The notes under the pieces are model-generated. The model searched no databases and was not told the DNA's origin. It was given only the letters and a program-made list of their open reading frames with translations. Positions 42,434 through 55,372 of a DNA stretch of 64,000 bases are shown piece after piece (the first letter of the stretch is position 1; each line of letters opens with the position of its first letter). This stretch comes from Octopus vulgaris (Eukaryota), in the NCBI GenBank assembly GCA_951406725.2, contig OX597818.1:94798001-94862000 (forward strand), read 5' to 3'. The translations under genes were made by a program, and so were the position numbers.

Positions 42434-44257
42434 GTAAGAGTTAGCTGCTGAAAAATTATCCAACTGTAAAACAATGCTTTAGCAATATGTATTCATCTAA
42501 TCCATGCTAGCATGGGAAAAAGCTTATATAAAAACAACCAATTTTTGTCAACATTATGTCAAAGAGTTCCATCAGAATCTTTTATGCTTGCATCTATATA
42601 ATCTAATTATCTTAATGCTTTTTTTTCATGTCTCAATAGACTTGCTATCTTTGGGCAATATCTTTACTTATATCACATAACTAATAAGGAATTTCTACAT
42701 AACTGTTCGTGTAACAGCTATATACTTCTCTCAACAACCTACTTAGCTCTAAAATAAGGACTGCAAAAATTGTTGACTTTGCCCTTCATATTTCCAAGGC
42801 TGATAAAATAATTACCAGTCTAGTACTTGGATTAATATGATTAACTATAAAGTTCTCCAAATTTTTAGTCAAGAAATGACTATTATTATTGCAAAAAGGA
42901 AAATGATAATGTCCAACTGAATGTCTTGCAAACCCAAGTATGAGACTTGGAGTGAAGCTAATTTATTTGGTTATATTCTCCCTTCCACAAATTTGTAACC
43001 ATGTGTCTATGTAAGAAATCATCACTGGCAAAATTGTTAGTGCATCAGATAAAATTCTAAGCAGTATTTCTTCTGGTACTTTACATTTTGAGTTCAAATA
43101 CCAATAAGTTTGACTTATCCTTTCATCCTTTTAACGGTCCATTAAATAAGTATTAGTTGAACACTGGAGTCAAAGTAATCTACTAACACATCCCACTAAA
43201 AATTGCTGTCCTCATGCCAAAATTTGAAACCATTTTTTTAGCTTTGATATAATGCTAAAGACTTGGCCTTTGAATTTGCTTGTGCTATATTCCTGATAAT
43301 AATATCTGTTGAATGTATCTGGCTCTTAAATTCAGTTTTGACTTTGAAGGAAAGATGCAGGTTTTTGTCCCAACAATCATTAAGCATAAGAAATGTTGAT
43401 TATTTCAAATAAACTAAATATACACCCACACTTAACTTTATATTTTACTAAAGTTCTCTAAAAAAAAAAAAAGCTCTAAGATACATTTCCTCATTTTTTA
43501 AAATCTTTTCTAAGTATTTTAATTCAATAATTTTCTTTCTTTTGAGGCTTATTTTAATTACTCATAATGTATCAACACTGTTTATATGCCATTACCCACT
43601 TTTCTGTAATTTCTGAAATGTCAATGCCACATGGCTATTATTTTATCAAAATGGTGTGATGGGTGTCCATACTACAATAATATGGTCACAGTTAAAACTA
43701 TCACACTTGCAGCAGAAGCTATAATGAGTGGTCATTCAACTAACTAAAGCTAGGTCAAATATCCTTCAAATCCCACCTTTTCATCTTAAAAAGTGAAGGA
43801 TGCGTTATATGATATATTCTTAGATATAATATGTCTGATAAAAGACAAGATGGTCATAACTGGAACATCTTTAATTACAGGCCTGCAGGTTCAGAGCTAT
43901 CTGAAGCTAAACAATAACCTTACAGTGTTGCTAGTGCTCTTGGCAGACTCATAATACAAAAAAAACATTGCAGCTTCTTTTGCTTTAAACGTCTGAGATT
44001 CATTTTGTAAGAATGTATTGTTTGGAAATTTAAATGGAATTTCATTATTTTGTTTATGTGAAAATTGCGTTTTTAATTTTGTTTTCTCATTTTTGTAATA
44101 ATACAATTTTTAATAGAATGCTTTTTATTCACTTAATAATTTTAAAAATACTGTTATTGTTGTTATTGTTAGTGCAGTGTAGCAATAGAAATCATAGTGC
44201 CGGACAGACTAACTATGACAAAAGATTTAGTTATGTGTCTTTATGCACTCAGTTCAA

Positions 44258-44376
44258 ATAATAATAATCATAGTAATAATAGTAATAATTATAATAATAA
44301 TAATAGTAATAGTAGTAATAATAATAATAATAATAGTAATAATTATAAAAGTAATTATTATAATAGTAATAATAAT
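44258..44376. repeat. (AAT/AGT)n microsatellite, tail of the antisense SINE that follows
   Basis: Direct inspection. Confidence 0.9.
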
Positions 44377-45083
44377 GGTTTTAAATTTTGCCACCAGGGC
44401 AGCCATTTGGGGAGAGGAGATGTGTCGATTACATCATCTCACAGTGTTCAACTGGTACTTAATTTATCAACCCAGAAAGGATGAAAGGCAAAGTCGACCT
44501 CGGCAGAATTTGAACTCAGAATGCAGCAACAGGCAAAATGCCACTAAGTATTTCATCCAGCATGCTAACAATTCTGCCAGCTCACCACCTTATATAATTG
44601 TAAAAATAATAATAGAGGCAGTTATGTGCTGATGTTTAATTATACTTTTACCTTATGAATGTGAGGCCTTGTGCCAAAGTTAAAAACTATTAAATCCCAC
44701 TGAGATCTACTTTGCCTTTTATCTGGGCTCAATAAAATAAAATACCAGTCAAGTACTGGGGTTGATTTAATTGACTAATCTGTGGCCCACATCAAATTTA
44801 AAGCCTTGTGCATATGTTAGAAATTATTGTTATCACTACTAAAACTTCTATTGTCATTGTTAGTATAATATAATAAAAGTATAATATCACAGGAGAGTAA
44901 ATAATTGGATCATACCTTACAAGTTATTTTGTTGTACTGTGATGAGGTGTTTGTCTTCAGATAGACATGGAGTCAAAAATCACAAAGCATAAATTTAATT
45001 TCTAGCTTATGTTTTACTAAACTGTATACTTTTGTACATATTCCATGTGAGTGTTTCACCATTTTATTGTCATTACTGTGTAG

Positions 45084-45185
45084 CTGCCTCCAGTGGAAGT
45101 TCAGGTAACAGTTCAGTGGGTGGCTCTTCTCAAACTATATTATCTGCTGAAAAACAATCTTCTCAACCAGGGGTCTTAGAGCCAG
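45084..45185 (+). CDS. Candidate cassette exon (102 nt, phase 1-1): (A)ASSGSSGNSSVGGSSQTILSAEKQSSQPGVLEP
   Basis: The acceptor is ccattttattgtcattactgtgtag| and the donor is CAG|gtatgt. The exon is symmetric and open, with a Ser/Gly-rich linker-like peptide. Confidence 0.7.
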
Positions 45186-45589
45186 GTATGTGGAGAGACA
45201 CCTTTGGCCTATTCTTCCCTTCCTCTTAAAAACAAATTCCGTAATATTTGCTGACTGCAAAAACCCTGGACATTTTTCTCTTACACTTTATATATTTTTT
45301 CTATTCTCCTCTCTCTATCTCTTTCTATTTTTTTTTTTTCTTATCCAGACGTTTTTCCATTTTCTAAACCTTCTCTTCCTCTTGGTTGGTAAAATACCTA
45401 CCTTCACGTTTCTTAGTATTTGCTCCTCTTAGATCTTTTTTATTTATTTATTTATCTGGTTATTTCAATCTTATCAGATACACTTTGGTATTTTTAAAAA
45501 CAATCTATCTTACCAAAACCACTGCAATAGTAGTACCACTTTAGAGCTGACCTTCCACCCATCCCATCCTCTATTCTTTTCCTCTCCAG

Positions 45590-45604
45590 CTGGTGTCCAG
45601 GTAG
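45590..45604 (+). other. Candidate microexon with tandem donors (11 nt ending 45600 or 15 nt ending 45604)
   Basis: A ctgac branch motif and a long pyrimidine tract precede ...cttttcctctccag|ctggtgtccag|gtag|gtgctg. Confidence 0.35.
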
Positions 45605-46005
45605 GTGCTGCTCCCTCCTAATTTTTAACTTTCACTGAAGATTTTTTTTTTCCCCCTCAGTGAAGAATATATATAGTTCTCCTTTTGTTTTCCATCCCCA
45701 ATATTTCTCATCTATCTATTTGCTTTTTTCTGCTTTAGCTTCTGTTTCCTCACCTATGGAGCCAGTCCATAGCTTTTGGTATTTGATTTTTTTTCTGCTT
45801 TGATGCGATTATGCTTCTATATTTATAAATATTTCTACTTTTTACGTTAAACTTTTTTCTATTCTATTTTCTGTGGTTCAGTTATTGGTACTTTAGTTTT
45901 AAATTTTAGTCTTCAGAATTTTCCATACAAATACATATATTATCAATACACAGCAAATAAATTATAACCTGCAAAAACAACAAACATTATATATTTGTGT
46001 GTGTG

Positions 46006-46043
<38 letters not shown>

Positions 46044-46274
46044 GTGTGTGTGTGTGTGTGTATAAGACAAAGATACACAAATGCATATTCATGCACAAGG
46101 TGGACTTCTTTCAGTTTCTGTCTGTTAAATGCAATTACAGGACTTTGGTTAGTTCAACACTTGCCAAAGGTTCTGCACAGTTGGAATGAATCTGAAGTTG
46201 TGGAGTAAACTTCATATTTATACATACATAACGCATACACATACATATATACATATTATATGCACACATCTATA

Positions 46275-46309
<35 letters not shown>

Positions 46310-48775
46310 TCATTTATTTAAATGTGTGTTCATTTATGTGTGTGTGTGTGTGTATATATATATATAAACACACACACACACACTCATATATATGCACAAA
46401 CACATACATGCATATTTCTTATTTTTCTTATTTTTGTGCGTTTCATTTTTCTATTGTCTTCATTTTTGTTTTAATTGTTTACTAAATAACTTTGAATTCT
46501 TCAAAACTTTAACCTTATATTATTCTGTGAGTAACAACATTCAACTTTGATATTTTCTTCAAATTATTTTTTAAAATAGTATATTAGTTTGTTTTTTATT
46601 TTCATTTTTATTCTTAAATTTTGAAGTTATTCTACCCTACTTTTTTTTTGTTCCTGTTGCTTTATCATCATTATTGTTGTCATTTCTCATCACTTCACTT
46701 CATCCCAGTTTCAATCTTTACCCATAAGGTACTGCTTTTAGCCAAACCCAATTCTCTGATTCACTCTTGCTGCATTATTTAGTTACATCCCTTTATGGAC
46801 TGAGTTCAGATACCACCTGAGTCACCTTTGCCATATACCCACCCACGATAAATAAAGTACTCACCAATATATTAGGTTTCATTCGTTCCATTATACACAT
46901 TCATGACCTGTGCTCAACACTGAGTATATTATTATATCTAATCAACAATATACTTGGGAGACAATTACAGCATGGAAGGCACATATTAGCCACTTGAAAA
47001 CACACACAAGAGCTGTTAATGTCACTAAAACATTTAATATTTAGTGTTAAAATTTTCATTGTGTCCACTGCAACCTGGTTACTGACACATTTCCATCAAG
47101 ATGGTGCAACAAAAATTTTGACACTGTTTTTTTGAATGACTAACATGTAACATGTTTCTGCCATGCTGTAATTGCTTTAGTTTTGTCACATGGTCTCAGA
47201 TCAAATTACTTGGTAGACAAGTATATCTCCAAAACACTTGGAGATTTTTTTTCATTTATAGTTTCCATATCTTACTATCTTGCTTATCTCACTCCTCCTT
47301 TGTTGATCTTTCTCACTATATCAATGCAAGATTTCACATTTCAGAGGGGGAGGGGCTTCTTTTTTGGTATTCTCTACAAACAATCTTTTATCATTCATGC
47401 ACGAATCCCATGTAGGAAGTCAGAAGAATATTTGTTTTAATAATTGTCACTAAAACATGTATGTTTGCCAGTTTAGTAGCATGTGAAAATGGAGTGCATC
47501 ATGTTTAGAACACATATTTAAATGTTTTTATGATCGTTTTCTGCCTGACAAATGTGTCTCAGATGTGATAAAGCAATGATAAAATTGGATTTCTTTAAAA
47601 TTCTTATGGAATTTTAGACATCATTCACAACACTCTCCCTTCTCTTTATATACACACAAACATGGTTTATATGTGAGATTTCATTTAAATATCGACTAAG
47701 TTAATTAACAACCTATCAGTGGTGCGTGTGAGTGTGTGTTCAGAATATCAAAAACTAGTTTCAGTTTTTGCAGGGATAATGATATAAAATCCTCGAATTG
47801 TTAATGAAACTGTATATAATCATATTACTAAAAGGTGATTTTGTGGCTTTATTGTAGCTATAAGCTTTTATCAACTGTTTATATTTCATTTGAAAACTTT
47901 TAGTTATAATCCGAAATTACTTTAACACTTTTGCTACCTCCTTGTTCACAGCCAGGGTCAATGTACAAATGAAAAGTGGAGGTCAGTTATGATTTACTGA
48001 ACTAGATAACCTTTAGAATTATTTTGATCATAAGACTTTTTGTCTAGGTTCACCAAGGCCTAAACGACTGCAACAACTGTGAATCTTATTGCATAGTTGT
48101 GTGGTTATGATGATTACTTCATAAGTTCCTAGTCTTGGGTTCAGTTCTATTGCACAACATCTTGGGTATGTCTTCTACAATCAACACAGGGCCAACCTAT
48201 GTATTGTGAATGAATTTGGTAGATGGAAGCTTTGTAGAAGCTTTTCATATGTGTATGGTGTGTGTATGTGTGTTCATCTTAGTCTCTCACTGCTTGACAA
48301 TCAATTTTGGCTTGTTTTTGCCTCCATAACATAGTTGGTCAGCAAAGAGAGATTGTTTGATTAGATACCAAATTTAGAATAAGTTTTGAAGTCAGTTTTA
48401 TTAACTAGCCCTTCAAGATGGTACCTCAACATAGCCACTATCTTCTGAGTGGAACAAGTAATGAAATAGAAGAATATACTAACAGTCATCTAGGAAATTT
48501 ATTTTGTATTCATTGTCATAGCACTCTATGTGTTGTTTATGTGATTTGGCAATTTTAAAAATAGTAATACAAAAATTAGAATGTTAATGATTTTCCTGGT
48601 CTTATCAAACATTATCGATTTATTTTGTGGCTATTTATATCTACTGAGATTAAAAGTTGTTGGCAAATTAGTTTGAAAGAGTGGTATTTCCCCTGTATCC
48701 TAATCTCTTAATTCAATAAAATTCAATGGTTTTAGTTTGTTGAGACAGCAACTGACATAATTCAGTTGTTAGTGA

Positions 48776-49009
<234 letters not shown>

Positions 49010-50572
49010 TAATATCATCTTCACTTCATCTCTACATCTGTTGTTGTGCTCTGATGACTAACCTTATTCAGCAGATATTAGCAAAGATGTTCCAGTTGTA
49101 TTCCTCTCTGCTGTTTTTTTTTCCTTTTCATTATTACAGATATATAGGGTTATCTAGTACTATTTGGATGGTTGTAATTTGTGTGAGACTTGACTGTTAT
49201 TTTTAGTAAGTTGCATAATTATGTAGAAACTTTCTTGGCTTAGTCTTAGGTTGGCCTGAGAACAAAAATGTCGCAAAACTGCTCCAGTCATGACTATCCC
49301 ATCTTACATTCAGATATAGTGTATCTAGGACTACATTTATCAAATATGTCTTTTCTCTCTGGAGATAGTAAGGACATAATTGATTTGAAGTTTTCTAATT
49401 TTTTTACCTGATAGTAACCATTTAAAATTTCCTTCATTCACATATGTTGTCACTATTGTTGTTGTTGTTCAGCATTGTTCGAGCAAATTTATCCCAACAT
49501 ATTGCTCTTTAAAAAAAAAGAATATAATTTTATTGCTTCAGTGTGTTTCGTTTGCTATTATACAAATGAGGACATCTTGGTTTGTTATTCACTGAAAATA
49601 AGCATGTATTTATTTTGGTTTATTGCATCAGAGTAGATCCCCTATTTCTGGGTATTTTATCATTTATAACTGACTCCCCATCATGTTCTCACTTTTCAAA
49701 GAAGGTGTTCTACTTTAGAGCAGCTCTCCCTTTCAATGTTTAGTCTGTGACATTATTATCAAGGTGGGACATAGAGATATACATACACCCTGTAAAAGAA
49801 AATCTAAACTGTTTTTAATTTTTAATACATACCACCACTAGAATTGTTGCCATGCTCAGTGGCATTTCTTCCAACTGTACATTGCGAATTCAAATGGGCC
49901 AGCTTTGCTTTTCCTTTTGGAGTTTACCAATTAGGTATCAGTGGAGCCCTGGGGTTGATGTAAGAGACTTACCCACTTCTCCAAAACTGCTGGCCTTGAG
50001 CCAAAATTTGAAACCACCAATTTGAAGCCCCAGTTCTACTTATACATAAACAGGTCTCCAGTTCAATACCACTGATTATTTTCATTGTATATATAGGCTC
50101 AGCTCTTAATTCTACATGTTAGTTTATGTGAGTAATTATGTGTATATACATAGCCGTCTCTGTATCATACCAAATGTAAATACATCATGTAAACCAATTT
50201 TTCTGTGGTATTCTTTTAAAAGCACAATATGTTTTAGAGGTAGGTGAAAATCATTGTAGCAGTGGCTGGTGAGAATGCTAGTTGTTCATTTCTGCCTCAC
50301 TGGGTATTATCAGTAGTATGTACTGTTAGCCAGCCACATCTTAGGATAAAATCTGTTACCTCCAATATAGAAAAACAGTAAATGAACAATCACTAGTTTT
50401 GTCAATAGCAGCCTGATTAATCATAAATTCATTATATGCAACAGATTGAAATAGCCATCTGTGCATCATACCTAATGTAATTCCATCGCACAAAGCCAAT
50501 TTGCTGTAGTATTGTCCAGAGGTAATATTTTTTATGGTGTTTTATGTATATAGTTATGTGTATATTTGTGTA

Positions 50573-50624
<52 letters not shown>

Positions 50625-50645
50625 AGGTTACATATATATACATTC

Positions 50646-50679
<34 letters not shown>

Positions 50680-51585
50680 CATCATCATCATTATCATCAT
50701 TTAACATCTGCTTTCCACACTGGCATGGGTTGGACAGTTTGACTGAGGGCTGGCAAGCCAGAAGGCTGCTCCAGGCTCCAATCCAATCTGGCAGAGTTTC
50801 TACAGCTAGATGCCCTTCCTATCACCAACCACTCCAAGAGTGTAGTAGGTGCTTTTTATGTGCCACCGGCATGGGACCAGTCAGCTAGCACTCGCATTGA
50901 CCATGCTCAAATGGTGCTTTTTACATGCCACAAGCACAGATGCCAATCAGGCAGTACTGTCATCGGCCATGACAACAACTTCACTTGCCTCAGCAGGTCT
51001 TCGCAAGCACAGTTTATTGCCCAATGACTGAAGAATACTCTTAAATGGGCTGGTTATGCTGCCCTGGTATAGGCCACGGTTACTGACTCACTTGGCTTGC
51101 TGGGTCTTCTCAAGCACAACGTATCTGTAAAAGTCTCAGTCACTTGTCATTGCCTCTGTGAGGCCCAACATTTGAAGCTCATGTCTCGGGGCACTTAAAC
51201 TTTGTCGTATATGCACACAGACATTACACATCCATCAGAGCATACTAGCTTCGTTCTTTGCAAGCTTATGCATGTCCTCAGCAGTCACAGCCCATGTTTC
51301 ACTGCCATGTAGCATGGCTGTTCACATACATGCATCATACAGTCTATCTTTTACCCTGAGCGAGAGGCCCTTTGTCACCAGTAGAGGTGAGAGCTCTCTG
51401 AACTTTGCCCAAGCTATTCTTATTCTAGCTGTCACACATTCAGAGCATCCACCCCACTACGGACTTGGTCACCTAGGTAACGGAAGCTATCAACTACTTG
51501 TAGTTTTTTCCTCCTGGAATGTGACAGAAACTGTTTTCTGCACATTTTCATTGTGTATTACCCCTGAGCATTTGCCACAGACAAA
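50680..51585 (-). mobile_element. 5'-truncated RTE-clade LINE fragment with 3' UTR and (GAT)n tail
   Basis: The minus strand reads VVDSFRYLGDQ...VTARIRIAWAKFRELSPLLVTKGLSLRVKDRLYDAC..AMLHGSETWAVTAEDM, typical of the RTE RT C-terminus. It is followed by a 3' end shared with other copies in the window. Confidence 0.8.
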
Positions 51586-51616
51586 GACTATCTATCTATC
51601 TATCTATCTTTCTATT

Positions 51617-51658
<42 letters not shown>

Positions 51659-52522
51659 CACGTGTGTGTGTGTTATGCATAAATGCAAGATTATTTGTAT
51701 ACTACCAGTGCTAGACTTCCATCCAATCCAGGGACATATTTATCTCCTATCCACCTAACACATTCCTATTAGATTATACATTTATAAACTTGGGCTTCTA
51801 CTCTAAAGTATGGCAATGATTTCTTGCTTAATAAGTATTTAATTCACTCCTATCCATATCATTAGCCTTGGTTAATAAAGACAGGGCATGCAGGTAATTA
51901 CTACTGTCCAGGTGAAACAGTTTTCTTCATATCACTCAGTTTCAAATACATAGACGTGGAGGAAATGTTCTTAACCTTCAATGTGTTGTTTGTTGAAGCA
52001 TAACTAAAGAGTGTTGTTTTATGTAGTGTATCAATGCCAGTTATAGTAAGACTCTTCATGCTCCAAACTACTTCACCTACCACTCATAGTCACAAAGCGT
52101 TAAAGGATTGTAGAAGGCCTTAACTGGGGGTTGAAAACAATAAATTTTAAATATTTTACACTTAACTAACACTATCCAACTTATTTTATTATTTTCAAAA
52201 TTAAATAAAATTCGTACACTAACAGTTGTTGATAGAAATATATTGCAGAAATAGTTAATGGACATTGGAGTGTTAAATCATGTCTCAACAGAAATATAAG
52301 TCAAGTTCAGTGACTAAAATGTTTCTACAGCTAGTGTTGTGTTATGTTGTGAGATGTCACTGATGTCCTTACATGATGTGGCAGTTATGTGGTCAAACCT
52401 TTATCACAGCTTCTATTACAATTGTATAGAACTGCTCATGTCCCCTGCAAAAATATGGACTTGACAATCTGTACTTCAGTTTTACACAGTTTATAGTGAT
52501 AACATATTTTACTACTGCTGCT

Positions 52523-52902
52523 TTGTTTGTTTGTTTGTTTGGTTAGTGAAGCAGTCTTCGTCCCATTAGTGGGAGAAGTCTGAAACGTGGTCCTTTGCTA
52601 TTCGTAAGGCCCGCAGAAGAGAAAGCAGGTCAACCCCTGACACCGAGAGTATCGACGGATGGATGAATGCGCATCCAGGCTCAGCGGTTGTGTAGGGAGT
52701 CAGGGACAAGAAACAGGAAGAAAGAATGAGAGAAAGTTGGAGCGAAAGAGTACAACAGGGGTCGCCACCACCCCCTGCCGGAGCCTCGTGAAGCTTTAGG
52801 TGTTTTCGCTCAATAAACACACACGACGCCCGGTCTGGGAATCAAAACCACGATCCTCCAACCGTGAGTCCGCTGCCCTAACCATTGGGCCATTGTGCCT
52901 CC
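52523..52902 (-). mobile_element. Young tRNA-derived SINE with target-site duplication
   Basis: On the minus strand there is an A-box TGGCCCAATGG, a B-box-like GTTTTGATTCC and a (CAAA)n tail. It is flanked by ACTGCTGCT at 52514-52522 and 52903-52911, and CpGs are retained. Confidence 0.85.
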
Positions 52903-53299
52903 ACTGCTGCTGTTATATGCACCTATATGTTATCATGCACCATTGTGTGTGTACATGTTTGATGGTTTTAAAGAAATGTATCTAAAACTACAAATCTAAT
53001 CTGTCTTTTTTATTTAAGATTGTAGGGTATGCTTTGAGAGAGATTGGGCTAATATTTCTAGCAGCTCAGCCCTATAAGTTATTACATTACCTAATCATAG
53101 ATGTTCAAATTTATTGCTAGCATTTTTTGAGTTTCCAAGCACAACACTGTATTTTACATTACCACTGTTCATCTAGCTGTATAAGAGAATAGAGGTTAGT
53201 TTATTTGTGTTGATCTTCCTTTCCATTGCATTACAGATTGTGATGACTGCATTGATAAATTAGCTATGTGAATCTCAAGTAAAACTTAGCAAGTCATCT

Positions 53300-54147
53300 T
53301 TCATTGTTTGGATAGTTGTCTCGCAAATGTTATGTTGCTGAATCTCTCTGTCTCCTTAACAACCACAGTACAGATTCTGTAAAGTAAAATCCCTTTGAAA
53401 GCCACTATTGTGGAGAAATTAGTGAAAGTGATATTTTTCCTCTCAACATCAACAAAGCTTTTGAGCATATCTAGTTGCAAATCTTTTATCAAATGGGTGG
53501 TGACTGTGAATTTCTTCAGGCATTGTAAATCTTGTTTATGCCTTAAAAGCTTCAACAGAACTATGGGTGAACCATTTGAGGAATTAGGGGTTTAGGTCTT
53601 TGTTGTATGTAGAATATGACATGCCTAGTTTCAGTTATTTGCTGGGCTGTTTCTGATGAGTCAGAAGTAGAGCACTTATGCAGCCAAGGGTATTTACCAT
53701 TAAACTAATGGAACTCCAACCTAGTCAACTGGCTTGAAGTGCTGTAGAGTACAGGGGTAGGAAGCAGTGCATTATGTGTGGATGTGTATTGGACAGTTGC
53801 AGTGAGGTAGTGGTCAGACGATCTGATAGGGGTGGACACCAGTCACATTTTGATAGAGATTAAGCTTGGAGGTAAGAGACTAAGAGTGTTTAGGTTTTCT
53901 CTGTGTGTCAATCTGAGATGTTTTTAGGGGATGAGATAAGTTGATGTAGAAAGTTGAGGATTGCAAAAGATTTGCTTTCTGCACTATTGGTATTGGTATA
54001 GAATAAATGAGTGTTTATGATTGAAGATCCAAGAATGATGACTTCAGACCAAGATGAAGTCAGGTATATGTCCTCAATGCAGAAGGAGATATTGTTGAAG
54101 AGATGCTAGTAGTTTGAGAAGTTAGAATGATAGAATTTACAGATGTC
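53300..54147 (-). mobile_element. Old LINE remnant (APE endonuclease region, CR1/Jockey-like) interrupted by the mariner
   Basis: The minus strand gives degenerate EVIILG-FN and STPIRSSDHYL segments resembling the GDFN and SDH endonuclease motifs. Confidence 0.45.
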
Positions 54148-55372
54148 TCAGGTCATTAAAAATTAAATGTCCAATTTTGAACTGAAAGTTTATTTTAATT
54201 TATCTCAGCAAAAAACAGTGCAGTTAATCAAAGTATGAACCTAAATTATCGACACAGTTTTGCCATTTTACCGGTAGCTTATTTATGCCAACAGCAAAGA
54301 ATTCTGGAGAGCAAGAGGTGATGAAATTACAAAAGGCTGCTTTTGTATTTTCTTCAGATTTGAAGTTTTTTCCTTGCAAAAAGTTGTCTGATGCCTGGAA
54401 AAAGTGATAGTCAATTGGTGCAAGGTCTGGTGAATATGGTGGATGACAGAATACTTCCAAATTCAGTTCTTGTAACCTGAGTAGCGTTCTTTGTGCAACA
54501 TGTGGTTGAGTATTGTCTTGCAAGAGAATTGGCTTGTTTCCATTGACCAATCTCGGTTGTTTAATTGCAAGCTCCCTCATCATTTCATCCAGTTGGTTGA
54601 TGTATACATCCACTGTAATTGACTTACCAGGTCTCATGAAGCTGTAGTGGATGACACCAGTGCTGGACCACCAAGCAAACACCATTAGCTTTTTTGGTGA
54701 ATATTCTTTTTTGGATTGTGTTTTGGCACTTCGCCGTTATCCAACCACCATGCAGAATCCATTTCTCAACACACGTAACAATACCATACAAAAATGGTTC
54801 GCTTTTATGCCATGAGAGCAAAGAACAGCAAGTTTCAAGATGACAAGTCATTTAATGCTCATTCAGTTGGTGTCGTACCCACTTGTCCAGCTTCTTTACC
54901 TTGCTGATTTGTTTCAGATGATCCAATACAATTGGAATTGAAACAGCAAACCTTGCTGCTAACTGACAAGTAGTTTGAGATGTATCCACTTCTACTACAG
55001 TTTCCAGCTCATCATTATCCACCTTGGTCTCAGGTCTACCATGGGGCTGATTTTCAAGAGTAAAGTCACCAGACTGGAACTTCTCAAACCATCAACGTAC
55101 AGTGCATTCATTGGCCACATCTTCACCAAACACTTCATTGATGTTTTGAGCTGTCTGGGATGCATTGGTTCCACAATGAAACTCATATTTGATCTATCCA
55201 TGGGTTCACAAAAACTGATTTACAAGAGAAAACTCACCATATAATCAGATATGGAAAATGATGTAACTCTTCAGTGTTGTAAAACAAAGAATTGTCAGGA
55301 TAAAACATTGTAGTTAACGATTGTCAAACTTGGTGCATAAGAAAATTGGACATTTCATTCTTAATGACCTGA
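54148..55372 (-). mobile_element. Mariner (Tc1/mariner, DD34D) DNA transposon, full length but decayed
   Basis: Imperfect TIRs of about 31 bp: tcaggtcattaaaaattaaatgtccaatttt (54148-54178) and aaaattggacatttcattcttaatgacctga (55342-55372), the latter followed by TA. The internal transposase frames carry LLQDN..PH and HPPYSPDLAPIDYHFF. Confidence 0.93.
54224..55201 (-). pseudogene. Frameshifted mariner transposase
   Basis: The C-terminal 153-aa frame (54224-54685) carries the YSPDLAP motif. An IVTCVEKWI segment lies in another frame (54624-54851) and the N-terminal part is broken. Confidence 0.88.

Noticed and set aside
44197-44632. Poly-Asn / poly-Ile ORFs
   Set aside because: (AAT)n tail plus antisense SINE.
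52840-52902. tRNA gene
   Set aside because: It has A/B boxes but continues into a SINE body, tail and TSD, with no complete cloverleaf.
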